Shown here: one piece after another, positions 54,785-64,000 of the stretch | Layout: each line of letters begins with the position of its first letter | How positions within the stretch are numbered: position 1 is the first letter of the stretch | DNA from: Haloferacaceae archaeon 50 | Lineage (GTDB): Archaea; Halobacteriota; Halobacteria; Halobacteriales; Haloferacaceae | DNA length: 64,000 bases | NCBI GenBank assembly: GCA_046097085.1 | Contig: CP175567.1 | Coordinates: forward strand, 1,355,875-1,419,874 | Reading direction: 5' to 3' | Program-made: the position numbers and the translations under genes | Notes under the pieces: generated by a model | The model's database searches: none | Seen by the model: the letters and a program-made list of their open reading frames with translations, nothing else | Told to the model about the DNA's origin: nothing

Positions 54785-56071
54785 TCACTCCGCCATCGCG
54801 CCGTGGTCGGACAGCACCGCCTCCGCGGCCTCCCGGCCCGACCGCAACGCGCCCTGAATCGACGACCACGTCGTGTAGTCGCCGGCGAGGTATATCCTGT
54901 CGCCGCCGTCGCGCGGCACGGGCAGTTCCTCGTGTATCCCGGGCGGTTGGGCGAACTGCGCGAACTCGACGCGGTCGGTCGCCACCACGTCGGGGTCGAG
55001 TCGTCGCTCGGGGAACCACGACCGGAGGGTCTCGCGCGCGTCGGCCGCGAGGTCGGTCTCGGTGCGGTCGAGCACGTCGCCCCCGAGGAACGTGGCCGAG
55101 AGGAGTTCCGCGTCGCCCGGGGCGTACTCGGGCGCGACCGCCGACATCGGCGCAATCGTGTTGGGCGAGGCGTCCTCGGCGTTGAGGAGAAGTCGCCCCC
55201 GGACGCCGAGGTCCGTCCCTCCGGGGAGGCGGTAGTGCTGGGTCACGCAGGACCGCGCCTCGGTCGGCACGCTCTCGACGCCGGTCAGTTCCCGCGCGGT
55301 CGGCGGGTCGGTCGCCACCACGCAGGCGTCCGCCTCGACCGTCTCGCCCGTCACGCGGACGCCCACGGTGTCGCCGTCCGCGACGCTCGCCACCGTCTCC
55401 CCCAGTTCTATCGTCGCGCCCGCGTCCCGCGCCGTCTCGGCCAGTTGCTCCGGAACCGCGCGCATCCCGTCGGCGGGGACGGCTATCGCGCCCTCGCTCA
55501 GCATCTTGAACGTGTACGCGAACACCCGCCGGGAGGTGGACAGCGACCGGTCGAGCGTGATACCGCCGTAGAAGGGAGCCACGAAGTTCTCCACGAACTG
55601 CTCGGAGAAGCCCCACTCCGAGAGCCACTCCCGGATGGTGGCGTCGGGCGCGGCGAACACCTCCTCCTCCGACCGCCCGGCGAGGTCCTGATACAGGAGG
55701 AGCGTCCGCACCTTGTCGGTGGTCGTCACCTCGCGGTTGAACAGCGTCTCGAACAGGGCGCGCGGGTCGCGTCGGGGGTCCGACAGCACCGACCGCCGGG
55801 CGTGGCGCGCTATCACCGCGCCCGGCGTGAACCCCCGGAGGTCGAGGGCGTCGAGGTCGAGTTCCCGCCGGACCGCGGGGTAGGCCGTGAACAGCACCTG
55901 AAACCCGCGGTCGAGCGTGAAGCCCTCTACCTCGCGTGAACGGACGCGGCCGCCCACTACGTCCCGGTCTTCGAACACCGTCACGTCCGCGCCCGCGTCC
56001 GCCAGACGGCGGGCGGCCGCGAGGCCGGCGAGTCCCGCGCCGACGACGGCGACGGAAGGCGTCTCGGTCAT
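54785..56071 (-). CDS. FAD/NAD(P)-binding amine-oxidase / phytoene-desaturase-like oxidoreductase
   Basis: Start at Met 56071 (MTETPSVAVVGAGLAGLAAARRLADAGADVTVFEDRDVVGGR: Rossmann GxGxxG + EDR..GGR), 428 aa; upstream Arg-rich extension in track is spurious. Confidence 0.8.
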   Translation of the reverse strand: MTETPSVAVVGAGLAGLAAARRLADAGADVTVFEDRDVVGGRVRSREVEGFTLDRGFQVLFTAYPAVRRELDLDALDLRGFTPGAVIARHARRSVLSDPRRDPRALFETLFNREVTTTDKVRTLLLYQDLAGRSEEEVFAAPDATIREWLSEWGFSEQFVENFVAPFYGGITLDRSLSTSRRVFAYTFKMLSEGAIAVPADGMRAVPEQLAETARDAGATIELGETVASVADGDTVGVRVTGETVEADACVVATDPPTARELTGVESVPTEARSCVTQHYRLPGGTDLGVRGRLLLNAEDASPNTIAPMSAVAPEYAPGDAELLSATFLGGDVLDRTETDLAADARETLRSWFPERRLDPDVVATDRVEFAQFAQPPGIHEELPVPRDGGDRIYLAGDYTTWSSIQGALRSGREAAEAVLSDHGAMAE

Positions 56072-56246
56072 GCCCCGCGGTTGGCGGGGACCCCACAAAG
56101 TACCTCTCCCCGATGGCCCGACCGGCGGCGGCGTACAGTCCGGGGGGTGGGCCGCGGACGGGCGGCGCGTCGGCCTCCGGACGGGGCGCGGACGTCCCCC
56201 GCCCGCGTTCCGGTAGTCGTTAGTCGGGCGGGTCACAAGCCCCCGT

Positions 56247-57449
56247 ATGCACACCAACGAGGCGTTTCTGGGCCTGCGGTGTACCGAGACGGGAGAGTCG
56301 TACGACGCCGACGCGACCGGCCGTAGCGACGCGGGCGCGCCCCTCGACCCCACCTACGACTACGGCGCGGCGTCGGTCGACCCCGGGACGTTCGGGAGCG
56401 AGTCCGGCGGGGCGGCCGGTGCCGGCGGTGCGGCCGGGATGTGGCGGTTCGACGCCCTCCTGCCGTTCTCCGCCGACCGCGCCGTGACGGCCGCCGAGGG
56501 GGACACGCCGCTGGTCGAGGCCCCGTCGCTCGCCGACGACCTCGGGGCGGGGCGAGTGTTCCTCAAGGACGAGGCGCGCAACCCGACCGGGACCGTGCTG
56601 GACCGGGGCCTGAGCCTCGCCGTGACCGCGGCGAGAGAGCGGGGGGTCGACGAGGTGGCCCTCGCGTCGCCCGGCAACGCCGCCCAGTCCGCGGCGTCGT
56701 ACGCGGGTCGGGCCGGCGTCGAGTCCCACTCGTTCGTCCCCTCGCGCACGCCGTTCTCGAACAAGGCGATGGTCAACGTCCACGGCGGGGACATGCGGGT
56801 GGGCGGCGGCCGCTTCGACGACGCGCGCGCGGCGTTCGAGGACGTCCTCGCCGACGAGGACTGGCACTCCCTGCAGGAGTTCGACGCGCCCTACCGCCAC
56901 GAGGGGGTCAAGACCGTCGCCTTCGAGATAGCGGCCGCCCTCGACTGGACCGTCCCGGACGCCGTCGTGGTTCCCGTCGGCACCGGCGAGGTGGTGTACG
57001 GCGTCGCCAAGGGCTTCCGCGAACTCCGCGAGGCGGGCCTGACGGACGCGACGCCGACGCTCCACGCCGCGCAACCCGCCGGCTGTGCCCCCGTTGTCGC
57101 CGCGCGCGAACGCGGCGACGACGCGGTGGAACCGTGGGAGAACCCCGACACCATCTGCGGCGAACTCGAGATTCCGGACCCCGCGGGCGGCGGACTCGCC
57201 CTCGACGCCCTCGCGGAGGCGGGCGGGGACGCCGTCGCGGTGGACGACCCGGACACGTTAGAGAGCGCCGTGGCGGTCACCCAGCGGACGGGCGTCGAGG
57301 TGGGCGTCGCCGGCGGCGTCGCGGCCGCGGGCGCGTGGGAACTCGCGGACCGGTTCGACGCCGACGACACGGTCGTCCTCCTCAACACGGAGGCGGGCGT
57401 CAAGACGGCCGACGTCCTCCGGAGCCACCTGATGGGGCAGGGAGTGTAG
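56247..57449 (+). CDS. thrC: threonine synthase (archaeal-type)
   Basis: 400 aa; N-terminal LRCTETGESYD (Cys motif of archaeal ThrC), PLP fold blocks (EGDTPLVEAP, FLKDEARNPTG, ASPGNAAQSAASYA). Confidence 0.85.
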   Translation: MHTNEAFLGLRCTETGESYDADATGRSDAGAPLDPTYDYGAASVDPGTFGSESGGAAGAGGAAGMWRFDALLPFSADRAVTAAEGDTPLVEAPSLADDLGAGRVFLKDEARNPTGTVLDRGLSLAVTAARERGVDEVALASPGNAAQSAASYAGRAGVESHSFVPSRTPFSNKAMVNVHGGDMRVGGGRFDDARAAFEDVLADEDWHSLQEFDAPYRHEGVKTVAFEIAAALDWTVPDAVVVPVGTGEVVYGVAKGFRELREAGLTDATPTLHAAQPAGCAPVVAARERGDDAVEPWENPDTICGELEIPDPAGGGLALDALAEAGGDAVAVDDPDTLESAVAVTQRTGVEVGVAGGVAAAGAWELADRFDADDTVVLLNTEAGVKTADVLRSHLMGQGV

Positions 57450-57543
57450 CGCTCCGAAGCGCGTTCCGGGAGCGGACGAAACGCACGTTTCGGCCGGTCG
57501 AAAATCTTAGTGTGGTGTGTCCCGTACCCCTTCGCAAGTGACC

Positions 57544-58245
57544 ATGCTGAGCAACGTCATGGAGGACTATCTGAAGGCCATCTACACGCTGGAGGCGGAG
57601 TCCGGTCCGCCGGTGAGCACCACGGCCGTCGCGGAGGCGCTCGACAAGACGCCCTCGACGGTCACCAGCATGCTGGAGACGCTGGAGGAACGGGGGCTGG
57701 TGGAGCGCGAGAAGTACAAGGGCGCGGAGCTGACGGAGGAGGGCGAGACGGTGGCGCTGGAGGTGGTGCGCCACCACCGCCTGCTGGAGACGTACCTGCT
57801 CGAACATCTCGACTACTCGTGGGACGAGGTCCACGACGAGGCCGACGCCCTCGAACACCACATCAGCGAGCGGTTCGAGCGCCGGGTGGCGGAGGCGCTC
57901 GGCGACCCGCGGGTCGACCCCCACGGCGACCCCATCCCCGACGCCAGCCTCGAACCGCTGGAGGCCGACGACGCCGCGCCTCTCTCGGCCCACGAGGTGG
58001 GCGACCGGGTGGTGGTCGTGCGCGTCAACGACCGCAACGCCGACGAACTCGAGTACCTCGCCGACGCCGGCGTCACGCCCGGCACCGAACTCGCGGTGAC
58101 CGACGTGGCTCCGTTCGGCATGGTGACCGTGCGCGTCGCCGACGACGGGCGCGAGCAGAGCCTCCCCGACGCGGTGGCCGACTCGATCCGGGTCCGCCCG
58201 GCGACCGAGTCCGACGACGCCCCCGCGGAGGTGCCCAGCGCGTGA
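57544..58245 (+). CDS. sirR: DtxR/SirR-family metal-dependent transcriptional regulator with C-terminal FeoA-like domain
   Basis: Start at ATG 57544 (MLSNVMEDYLKAIYTLE...), 233 aa; HTH, metal-binding HHRLLETYL region, C-terminal SH3-like domain (GDRVVVVRVNDRN). Confidence 0.85.
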   Translation: MLSNVMEDYLKAIYTLEAESGPPVSTTAVAEALDKTPSTVTSMLETLEERGLVEREKYKGAELTEEGETVALEVVRHHRLLETYLLEHLDYSWDEVHDEADALEHHISERFERRVAEALGDPRVDPHGDPIPDASLEPLEADDAAPLSAHEVGDRVVVVRVNDRNADELEYLADAGVTPGTELAVTDVAPFGMVTVRVADDGREQSLPDAVADSIRVRPATESDDAPAEVPSA

Positions 58246-58952
58246 CCGGTTGGCTCGAAATCCTGACGGTGGCGTTCGTGGCCCAGTTGGCCGTGCTGCC
58301 CGGCGAGAAGGTGCAGTTCATCATCGCCGGCCTCGCGACGCGCTACGACCCGAAGGTGGTCGTGGCCGCCGCCGGGTCTGCGTTCGCGGGGTGGACGGCG
58401 CTCGAAATCCTGTTCGGCGAGGCGCTGCGGACGGCGCTCCCGCCGACGGTGCTCGACGCGTTCACGGCGGGCCTGTTCCTCCTGTTCGCCGTCCTCCTGT
58501 GGCGGTCGGCCCCGGACGACCACGCCACCGTCGAGGAGGTGGCCGCCCAGACCGACGGCGGGTTCTTCCGGTCGCCCGACGCGGACCTGCCGACGGTGTT
58601 CGGCCGCGACCTCTCGACCGTCGGGGGCGGGTTCCTGCCCATCTTCTTCATGATGGCCGCCGGGGAGTTCGGCGACAAGACCCAACTCGTCACCATCGGC
58701 CTCGCCGCCCAGTACGGCGCGAGTCCGGCCATCTGGGCGGGGGAGATGCTCGCCATCCTCCCGGTGAGTGTCGCGAACGCGTACTTCTTCCACAAGTTCT
58801 CCCACCGGTTCGACGTGCGCCGGGCCCACCACGCCGCGGCCGGCCTGTTCGCCTTCTTCGCGGCGGACTCCGTCCTCGCCATCACGACCGGGTTCTCGGT
58901 GTGGGAGACGCTGGTGACGTCCGTGTCGGCGACCCTGCTCGGCCTGCTGTGA
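58242..58952 (+). CDS. UPF0016/GDT1 (TMEM165-like) family cation (Mn2+/Ca2+) transporter, paralogue 1
   Basis: GTG start overlapping sirR stop; 236 aa; two repeat units each with E-x-G-D-K-T-like motif (LPGEKVQF; GEFGDKTQLVTI). Confidence 0.7.
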   Translation: MTGWLEILTVAFVAQLAVLPGEKVQFIIAGLATRYDPKVVVAAAGSAFAGWTALEILFGEALRTALPPTVLDAFTAGLFLLFAVLLWRSAPDDHATVEEVAAQTDGGFFRSPDADLPTVFGRDLSTVGGGFLPIFFMMAAGEFGDKTQLVTIGLAAQYGASPAIWAGEMLAILPVSVANAYFFHKFSHRFDVRRAHHAAAGLFAFFAADSVLAITTGFSVWETLVTSVSATLLGLL

Positions 58953-59120
58953 GCGGCCGACCGGGGGAGAACGAGAGCGAGAGCGGGACTGAACCCGCGG
59001 CGGTCGGTCGCGGGGGCCGAAACCCTCAACCGCCCGACGCGGCTACCTCGACGCGACTCCTCGAATGGATTTCGACGCACGACGCGACGGCGCGAGGCCG
59101 TCACGCTCGCGGGGTGGCGG

Positions 59121-59885
59121 GTGACGCCGCTCGCCGCGGGCGTGGGCCACCTCGTCGGAGAGTACGCCGCCTACGGGCCCCTCGCTGCGTCCTTTCTCGC
59201 CAACCTCCTCGGGACGTTCGGCGACAAGGGCCAACTGGTAGTGGTGATGCTCGCCACCCGGTACGACGCAGAGAAGGTGTTCGGCGGCGCGATGGCGGCG
59301 TTCGTCGGCTGGAGCGCCCTCGAAGTCGCGGTGGGCCAGTGGATACATCGGGTCCTGCCGACGGCCGCCATGACGCTCGTGACGGGCGGCCTGTTTCTCG
59401 CGTTCGGCCTCTGGACGCTCCGCACCGCGGCGTCGTCGTTCGAGGCGGCCGACCGCGACGCGCGGCCGTCGCTCACGGGCGGCGGCCTCGACGACGGCCT
59501 GTCCCGACGCCTCCTGCCCGACCCGGTCTGCGACCACCTCGGCGCGCACGGCGGTTTCCTCACGTCGTTCGTGTTCATCGGGTTCGCCGAGTTCGGCGAC
59601 AAGACCCAACTCCTCACCATCAACCTCGCCGCGACGTTCTCGGACGCGCCCGTCGCGGTGTTCGCCGGCGTCGTGGCCGCCCTCGCCCTGCGGACGGGCG
59701 TCGACGCCCTCGTGGGCGAGGAGGTGGAGCGGTCGCTGCCGACGGCGTGGCTCGAACTCGCGGGCGCGGCCATCTTCCTCGCGTTCGGCCTCGTCGTCCT
59801 CGGCGTCGTGCCCGACGCGGTGCTCTACGTCGTCGGCGGACTGGCGGCGCTCGTCGTCGCCGTCGGCTACCTGCGCGTCCGCTGA
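59121..59885 (+). CDS. UPF0016/GDT1 (TMEM165-like) family cation transporter, paralogue 2
   Basis: 254 aa; GTFGDKGQLVVV and AEFGDKTQLLTI motifs, 6-7 TM helices. Confidence 0.7.
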   Translation: MTPLAAGVGHLVGEYAAYGPLAASFLANLLGTFGDKGQLVVVMLATRYDAEKVFGGAMAAFVGWSALEVAVGQWIHRVLPTAAMTLVTGGLFLAFGLWTLRTAASSFEAADRDARPSLTGGGLDDGLSRRLLPDPVCDHLGAHGGFLTSFVFIGFAEFGDKTQLLTINLAATFSDAPVAVFAGVVAALALRTGVDALVGEEVERSLPTAWLELAGAAIFLAFGLVVLGVVPDAVLYVVGGLAALVVAVGYLRVR

Positions 59886-59952
59886 CCGCGCACCGCACCC
59901 CCGAACGCGTCGAAACCGCGTCGTTTTTGCCCGGCGTTGCCGAGGTTGAGGC

Positions 59953-60639
59953 GTGTTCGGACTGCTCACGGGTCTCGCGGGCGTCGTGTTCGGCCTCGCG
60001 CTGGCGGCCCCGCCGGGTCCCATGAACGCGATAATCGCGGAGGAGAGCGTGGTCAACGGCTGGCGGTCCGGCTTCCGCGCGGGCCTCGGCGCGATGACGG
60101 CCGACGCCACCTTCTTCGTCCTCGCCCTCCTCGGCGTCGTGGCGTTCGTCGACCGGTTCCCCCTCGTCCGGGCCGCGATGGTGGGTCTGGGCGGCCTCCT
60201 GATGCTCTACTTCGCGTACGGCGCGGCCGACGAGGCCCGGTCGTTCCGGCCCGGCGCCGAGGCCGAGGCCGGGGCGGGCGAGGGGCGGGGCTTCCGGAAG
60301 GCGTTCGTACTGGCGCTCACCAACCCCTACCAGATACTGTTCTGGCTCACCATCGGCGTCGGGATGCTCCGGCCGGGCGAGGTGGACGTGCTGGGGCAGA
60401 CCCCCTACGTCGGCGACGGCCTCGCTGACGTGCTGGTGGTCCAGACCGGGAGTCCGGCGCTGGTCGCGGGCTTCTTCGGCGGCATCCTGATATGGGTCGC
60501 GGGCTTCCCGGCGGCGCTCGTCACCGCCGAGCGCCGGGTCGAGTCGTTCGCGCCCGTCGTCGCCGGGGCGTCCGCCGTCGTCCTCGCGGGGTTCGGCCTC
60601 CTCTTTCTGTCCGACGCCGCGCGCACCCTCCTGTTCTGA
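59953..60639 (+). CDS. LysE/RhtB-family amino-acid exporter
   Basis: 228 aa; N-terminal PGPMNAIIAEESV...and LTNPYQILFWLTIG blocks typical of LysE translocators. Confidence 0.8.
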   Translation: MFGLLTGLAGVVFGLALAAPPGPMNAIIAEESVVNGWRSGFRAGLGAMTADATFFVLALLGVVAFVDRFPLVRAAMVGLGGLLMLYFAYGAADEARSFRPGAEAEAGAGEGRGFRKAFVLALTNPYQILFWLTIGVGMLRPGEVDVLGQTPYVGDGLADVLVVQTGSPALVAGFFGGILIWVAGFPAALVTAERRVESFAPVVAGASAVVLAGFGLLFLSDAARTLLF

Positions 60640-60683
60640 GGCCAGACGGGAAAGGTTTCAACGCTCCCCCGAGTTGTGGGAGT

Positions 60684-61733
60684 ATGTTCGAGAAGTCGAC
60701 GTGGATAAAGCTCCCGCGCAACGTGCTCGTGGGCCACGGCGTCATCGACGAACTCGGTCGGGCGGTCGACGAACTCTACCTCACCGGACGACCGCTGCTC
60801 GTCACGAGTCCGACGCCCGACGCCATCGCGGGCGACCGGGTCCGCGCGCAGTTCGACGCCGACGCCGCCACGGCCACCGTCGAGACGGCCGGGTTCGAGT
60901 CGGTCGAACGCGTCATCGAGACGGCGCGCGCCGAGGAGGTGGGCTACATCGTCGCGCTCGGCGGCGGGAAGGCCATCGACACCGCCAAGATGGCGTCGGA
61001 CCGCATCGGCGTGGGGTTCGTCTCCGTGCCGACGGCCGCGAGCCACGACGGCATCGTCTCGGGGCGGTCCTCGATTCCGGAGGGCGACACCCGCCACTCC
61101 GTGGCGGCGGACCCGCCGCTGGCCGTCGTGGCCGACACCGAGATAATCGGCGACGCGCCGTGGGAGCTCACCACCGCCGGCTGCGCCGACATCATCTCCA
61201 ACTACACCGCGGTCAAGGACTGGCAGCTCGCCAACCGCCTCAAGAACGTGGAGTACTCGGAGTACGCGGGCGCGCTCTCGCAGATGACCGCCGAGATGCT
61301 CGTTGGGAACTCGGGCTCCATCAAACAGGGATTGGAGGAGTCGGCGTGGCTGGTCGTGAAGGCGCTGGTCTCCTCGGGCGTGGCCATGTCTATCGCCGGC
61401 ACGTCGCGCCCGGCGTCAGGCGCGGAACATCTCATCTCCCACCAGTTGGATCGCCTCGTGCCCAACGAGGCGCTCCACGGCCACCAGGTCGGCGTCGCCG
61501 CCGTCGTGACCGAGTACCTCCACAGCGGCGAGGACGGCGAGTGGCGGGACATCAAGAACGCGCTGGAGTCCATCGACGCGCCTACCTCCGCGGCCGAACT
61601 CGGCATCGGCGACGAGACGTTCCTCGAAGCGCTCACGACGGCTCACACCATCCGCGACCGCTACACCATCCTCGGCGACGGCGTGAACGAGGAGGCGGCG
61701 CTGGAGGCGGCGGCGCGAACGGGCGTCGTCTGA
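60684..61733 (+). CDS. egsA: sn-glycerol-1-phosphate dehydrogenase [NAD(P)+] (archaeal lipid backbone synthesis)
   Basis: Start at ATG 60684 (MFEKSTWIKLPRNVLVGHGV...), 349 aa; GGGKAIDTAK, metal ligands D..H..H (SHDGIVS, EHLISHQLD, HGHQVG) as in G1PDH/iron-ADH fold. Confidence 0.9.
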   Translation: MFEKSTWIKLPRNVLVGHGVIDELGRAVDELYLTGRPLLVTSPTPDAIAGDRVRAQFDADAATATVETAGFESVERVIETARAEEVGYIVALGGGKAIDTAKMASDRIGVGFVSVPTAASHDGIVSGRSSIPEGDTRHSVAADPPLAVVADTEIIGDAPWELTTAGCADIISNYTAVKDWQLANRLKNVEYSEYAGALSQMTAEMLVGNSGSIKQGLEESAWLVVKALVSSGVAMSIAGTSRPASGAEHLISHQLDRLVPNEALHGHQVGVAAVVTEYLHSGEDGEWRDIKNALESIDAPTSAAELGIGDETFLEALTTAHTIRDRYTILGDGVNEEAALEAAARTGVV

Positions 61734-61910
61734 GACGCGAAAAATCCGCCGCCCCGGGCGTGTGAACCGGGACGAGTCGGTCGAGCGTCGGTCGTGGTCG
61801 CTCGCTCGCGGCGGCGGACGCGACAGCGGGTGCCGTCCGTCGACCCGCCGGACCCCACCCCGGCGCGGCGCCGTCCCGCGTGCCGTCCGTGCCGTGAGCG
61901 ACCGTCGGAT

Positions 61911-61980
61911 ACGATGCGCCACACAGATATAAACATTAATTTTAGTTGGTTCAATGAACGTATAGAATACTGGACGTGTC
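61911..61980 (+). promoter_or_regulatory. 70-bp AT-rich block upstream of DUF420 gene (promoter/5' leader)
   Basis: cacacagatataaacattaattttagttggttcaatgaacgtatagaatactggacg: ~35% GC versus ~70% background; 60-120 nt upstream of ATG 62037. Confidence 0.3.
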
Positions 61981-62036
61981 CGACGGCGTGCGCGGAAACC
62001 GAAGACGCATTACCCCCGTCGGCCGAACCGCCGAGT

Positions 62037-62642
62037 ATGGCAACAGCTGACGTCGGCGGCCCGGTCAAGGAGCACCCGGCCGCGGTGACCGCGGCGCTCT
62101 CCGCGTTGGGGTACGCGGCCGTCCTCGGCACTTTCCTCGGACTGGTCCCCGGGTCGGTCTACCCTCCGCTCTCGCAGGCGCAGGTCAACCTGTTCTCTCA
62201 CGCCATCGCGGCGGTCAACACCACCGCGACCCTCCTCCTCGTCGCCGGGTGGCGGTGGATACGCCGGGACGAGGTGCGAAAGCACGCCGCCGCCATGGGC
62301 GGCGCGTTCGCCCTCATCCTCGTCTTCCTCGTGCTCTACCTCTGGAAGATCGGCGGCGGCGGCACGAAGGAGATAGTCGGTCCGCCGACGCTCGTCTACT
62401 ACGCCTACCTCGCCATGCTGGCGATACACATCGTCCTCTCCGTGGTGGCGGTGCCGGTGGTGCTGTACGCCCTCGTCCTCGGTCTGAGCCACTCGCCCGC
62501 GGAACTCCGGGAGACGCGCCACGCCGCGGTGGGGCGCGTCGCGGCGGGGTCGTGGATACTCTCGCTCTCGCTCGGCGTCGTGACGTACGTCCTCCTCAAC
62601 TGGGTGTACGGCTACGAGTTCGTGCAGGGGACCGGGGTGTAG
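62037..62642 (+). CDS. DUF420-family membrane protein
   Basis: Start at ATG 62037 (MATADVGGPVKEHPAAV...), 201 aa; four TM helices with conserved His (NLFSHAIAAVNT; AMLAIHIVLS) typical of DUF420. Confidence 0.6.
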   Translation: MATADVGGPVKEHPAAVTAALSALGYAAVLGTFLGLVPGSVYPPLSQAQVNLFSHAIAAVNTTATLLLVAGWRWIRRDEVRKHAAAMGGAFALILVFLVLYLWKIGGGGTKEIVGPPTLVYYAYLAMLAIHIVLSVVAVPVVLYALVLGLSHSPAELRETRHAAVGRVAAGSWILSLSLGVVTYVLLNWVYGYEFVQGTGV

Positions 62643-62815
62643 GCGGCCGCGGGTCGAACGGTCGCCGGGACAGTCGCGGGCGCCGCCGCCAGCGCAGACG
62701 CGTTCGAGGCGGGTGCCGGCGTGCCGCCTCCGGACCGCTCTCCGCCCCGCGCGTCGGCGTCGGGTGTCCTATCGAATGACGAGGATTTTTATCGCCCGTC
62801 GCTAATCTCGCGGGT

Positions 62816-63874
62816 ATGCACGTCGCGTTCGTCTCGATGTACACCACTCACCACGAGGACTCGTGGGGTGCGAGGCGAACGCGACGCGTGGCCGAACTCC
62901 TCGCGGGCCGGGGTCACGAGGTGACCGTCTGCTGTGCCGGGTGGTGGGACGGCGACCACGACGAGTTCGAACAGAACGACGTGACCTACCGTGCGGTGAC
63001 GCGCGACCCCGCCCCGAAGACGTTCGCGTCGAAACTCCCCTTCGTCCTCCGGCGACTCCGCCCGGACGTGATACACGCCGCCACCCGCCCGGCGTCGGGG
63101 GTCACCGCGGCCAAGACCGCCGCGCGACTCCTCCGGACGCCCGTGGTGGCGGAGTGGTGGCCCGACGCCGACGGCGCGCGGGGGGCGGGGTCGCGACGCG
63201 CCGCCCGGTCGCCGGACGCCGTCGTGGTGCCCTCCCGGATGGTCAAGACGTGGGTCCGCGAGACGGGCGCCGACGCCGACACGGTCCGGGTCATCCCGGA
63301 GCCCATCGACCTCGACCTCGTGCGCGACGCCCCGGTGGACGAACGCGCGGACCTCGTCTACGCCCGCGACTTGGACGAACACGCCAACGTGGAGTCGTTC
63401 CTCCTCGCGTTGGCGGAACTCCGGGACCGGGACTGGCGCGCGGCCGTCATCGGCGACGGCCCGGCGCGCGCGGACGTCGAGGCGACGGCCCGGGACCTGC
63501 GCATCGACGACCGGGTGGAGTTCCTCGGCGAACTCGACGCCGAGGAGGGCGTCCCCGTGATGAAGGGCGCGCACGTGTTCGCCCAGACGGCCACGTGGGA
63601 GCCGTTCGCCACGAACCTGCTCTGGGGCCTCGCCTGCGGCTGTGTCGGCATCGTGGAGTACCAGGCCGACTCGGCGGCCCACGAACTCGTCGAGGGCTGT
63701 GACCGCGGCGTGCGCGTCACCAACCCGCAGGAACTCGCCCACGAGATAGAGGCCGTCGCCGACGCCGAGCGGATGACAGAGCACGAGGCGTTCGCGTCGT
63801 ACCACCACCGCGAGGTGCTCGAACGCTACCTGTCGCTCTACCGCGAACTCCTTGACGACTACGGCTTCTTCTGA
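62816..63874 (+). CDS. GT-B fold glycosyltransferase (family 4-like)
   Basis: 352 aa; N-terminal MHVAFVSMY... Glyco_trans_4-like domain and C-terminal EX7E-like region (FAQTATWEPFATNLLWGLACGCVGI). Confidence 0.8.
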   Translation: MHVAFVSMYTTHHEDSWGARRTRRVAELLAGRGHEVTVCCAGWWDGDHDEFEQNDVTYRAVTRDPAPKTFASKLPFVLRRLRPDVIHAATRPASGVTAAKTAARLLRTPVVAEWWPDADGARGAGSRRAARSPDAVVVPSRMVKTWVRETGADADTVRVIPEPIDLDLVRDAPVDERADLVYARDLDEHANVESFLLALAELRDRDWRAAVIGDGPARADVEATARDLRIDDRVEFLGELDAEEGVPVMKGAHVFAQTATWEPFATNLLWGLACGCVGIVEYQADSAAHELVEGCDRGVRVTNPQELAHEIEAVADAERMTEHEAFASYHHREVLERYLSLYRELLDDYGFF

Positions 63875-63934
63875 GAACCGCGGCGCAGACCGTCGCGCGC
63901 GGCGACGAACAGTCCCGCGGCGGGACGGGCGACT

Positions 63935-64000
63935 ACTCCTCGGACGGGTCGGCGTAGTCGCCGCCGTACTTCAGGAAGAAGTAGGAGAGAGTGAGCGTCG
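63935..64000 (-). CDS. C-terminal end of a minus-strand gene running off the window (…TLTLSYFFLKYGGDYADPSEE*)
   Basis: Stop codon (cta on + strand) at 63934-63936 and open frame to the window edge; identity undeterminable from 21 residues. Confidence 0.2.

Noticed and set aside
58953-59120. Possible yybP-ykoY-type Mn riboswitch between the two UPF0016 genes
   Set aside because: UPF0016 genes are riboswitch-regulated in some bacteria, but no conserved yybP-ykoY core elements were recognisable by eye, such riboswitches are not established in Halobacteria, and a SirR regulator is encoded directly upstream.
1-64000. CRISPR arrays, tRNA or rRNA genes
   Set aside because: No series of regularly spaced direct repeats, no cloverleaf-like GC-rich 70-90-nt segments in intergenic spacers, and no rRNA-like conserved stretches were seen; intergenic spacers are short and mostly promoter-like.

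Overview
High-GC (~68-70%) haloarchaeal chromosomal segment with dense coding on both strands. It carries many long spurious antisense ORFs, which is typical of GC-rich Halobacteria. About 60 genes are supported. Housekeeping content includes a thermosome subunit, membrane LonB protease plus a CPBP protease, nicotinamide-nucleotide adenylyltransferase, a trpCBA operon directly followed by the archaeal early shikimate genes (ADH synthase and dehydroquinate synthase II), TFB, methionyl-tRNA synthetase, pyruvate kinase, PEP synthase, MfnA, threonine synthase, G1P dehydrogenase (egsA), a Tat-dependent formate-dehydrogenase-like molybdoenzyme, a SirR/DtxR regulator with two tandem UPF0016/GDT1 transporters, and several glycosyltransferases (including an AglD-like GT2-membrane fusion) near a PGF-CTERM surface glycoprotein. 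No rRNA, tRNA or CRISPR array was recognised. The most unusual locus is a ~3.2 kb lower-GC (~58-60%) insertion at 32.6-35.8 kb. It separates an nfeD gene from its usual SPFH/stomatin partner and carries a KaiC/RecA-family ATPase with a degenerate second domain plus a 351-aa protein bearing DDxxD and NSE-like motifs at terpene-synthase spacing, a candidate undescribed two-gene module. Other notable points are an Ogt/MGMT homologue with PDHRV in place of the PCHR active site, an apparent +1 frameshift in an SDR gene between the aro genes, a truncated TnpB-like fragment, an orphan 2-oxoacid dehydrogenase E1-alpha, and an Mrr-cat nuclease-fold membrane protein next to the PGF-CTERM glycoprotein.
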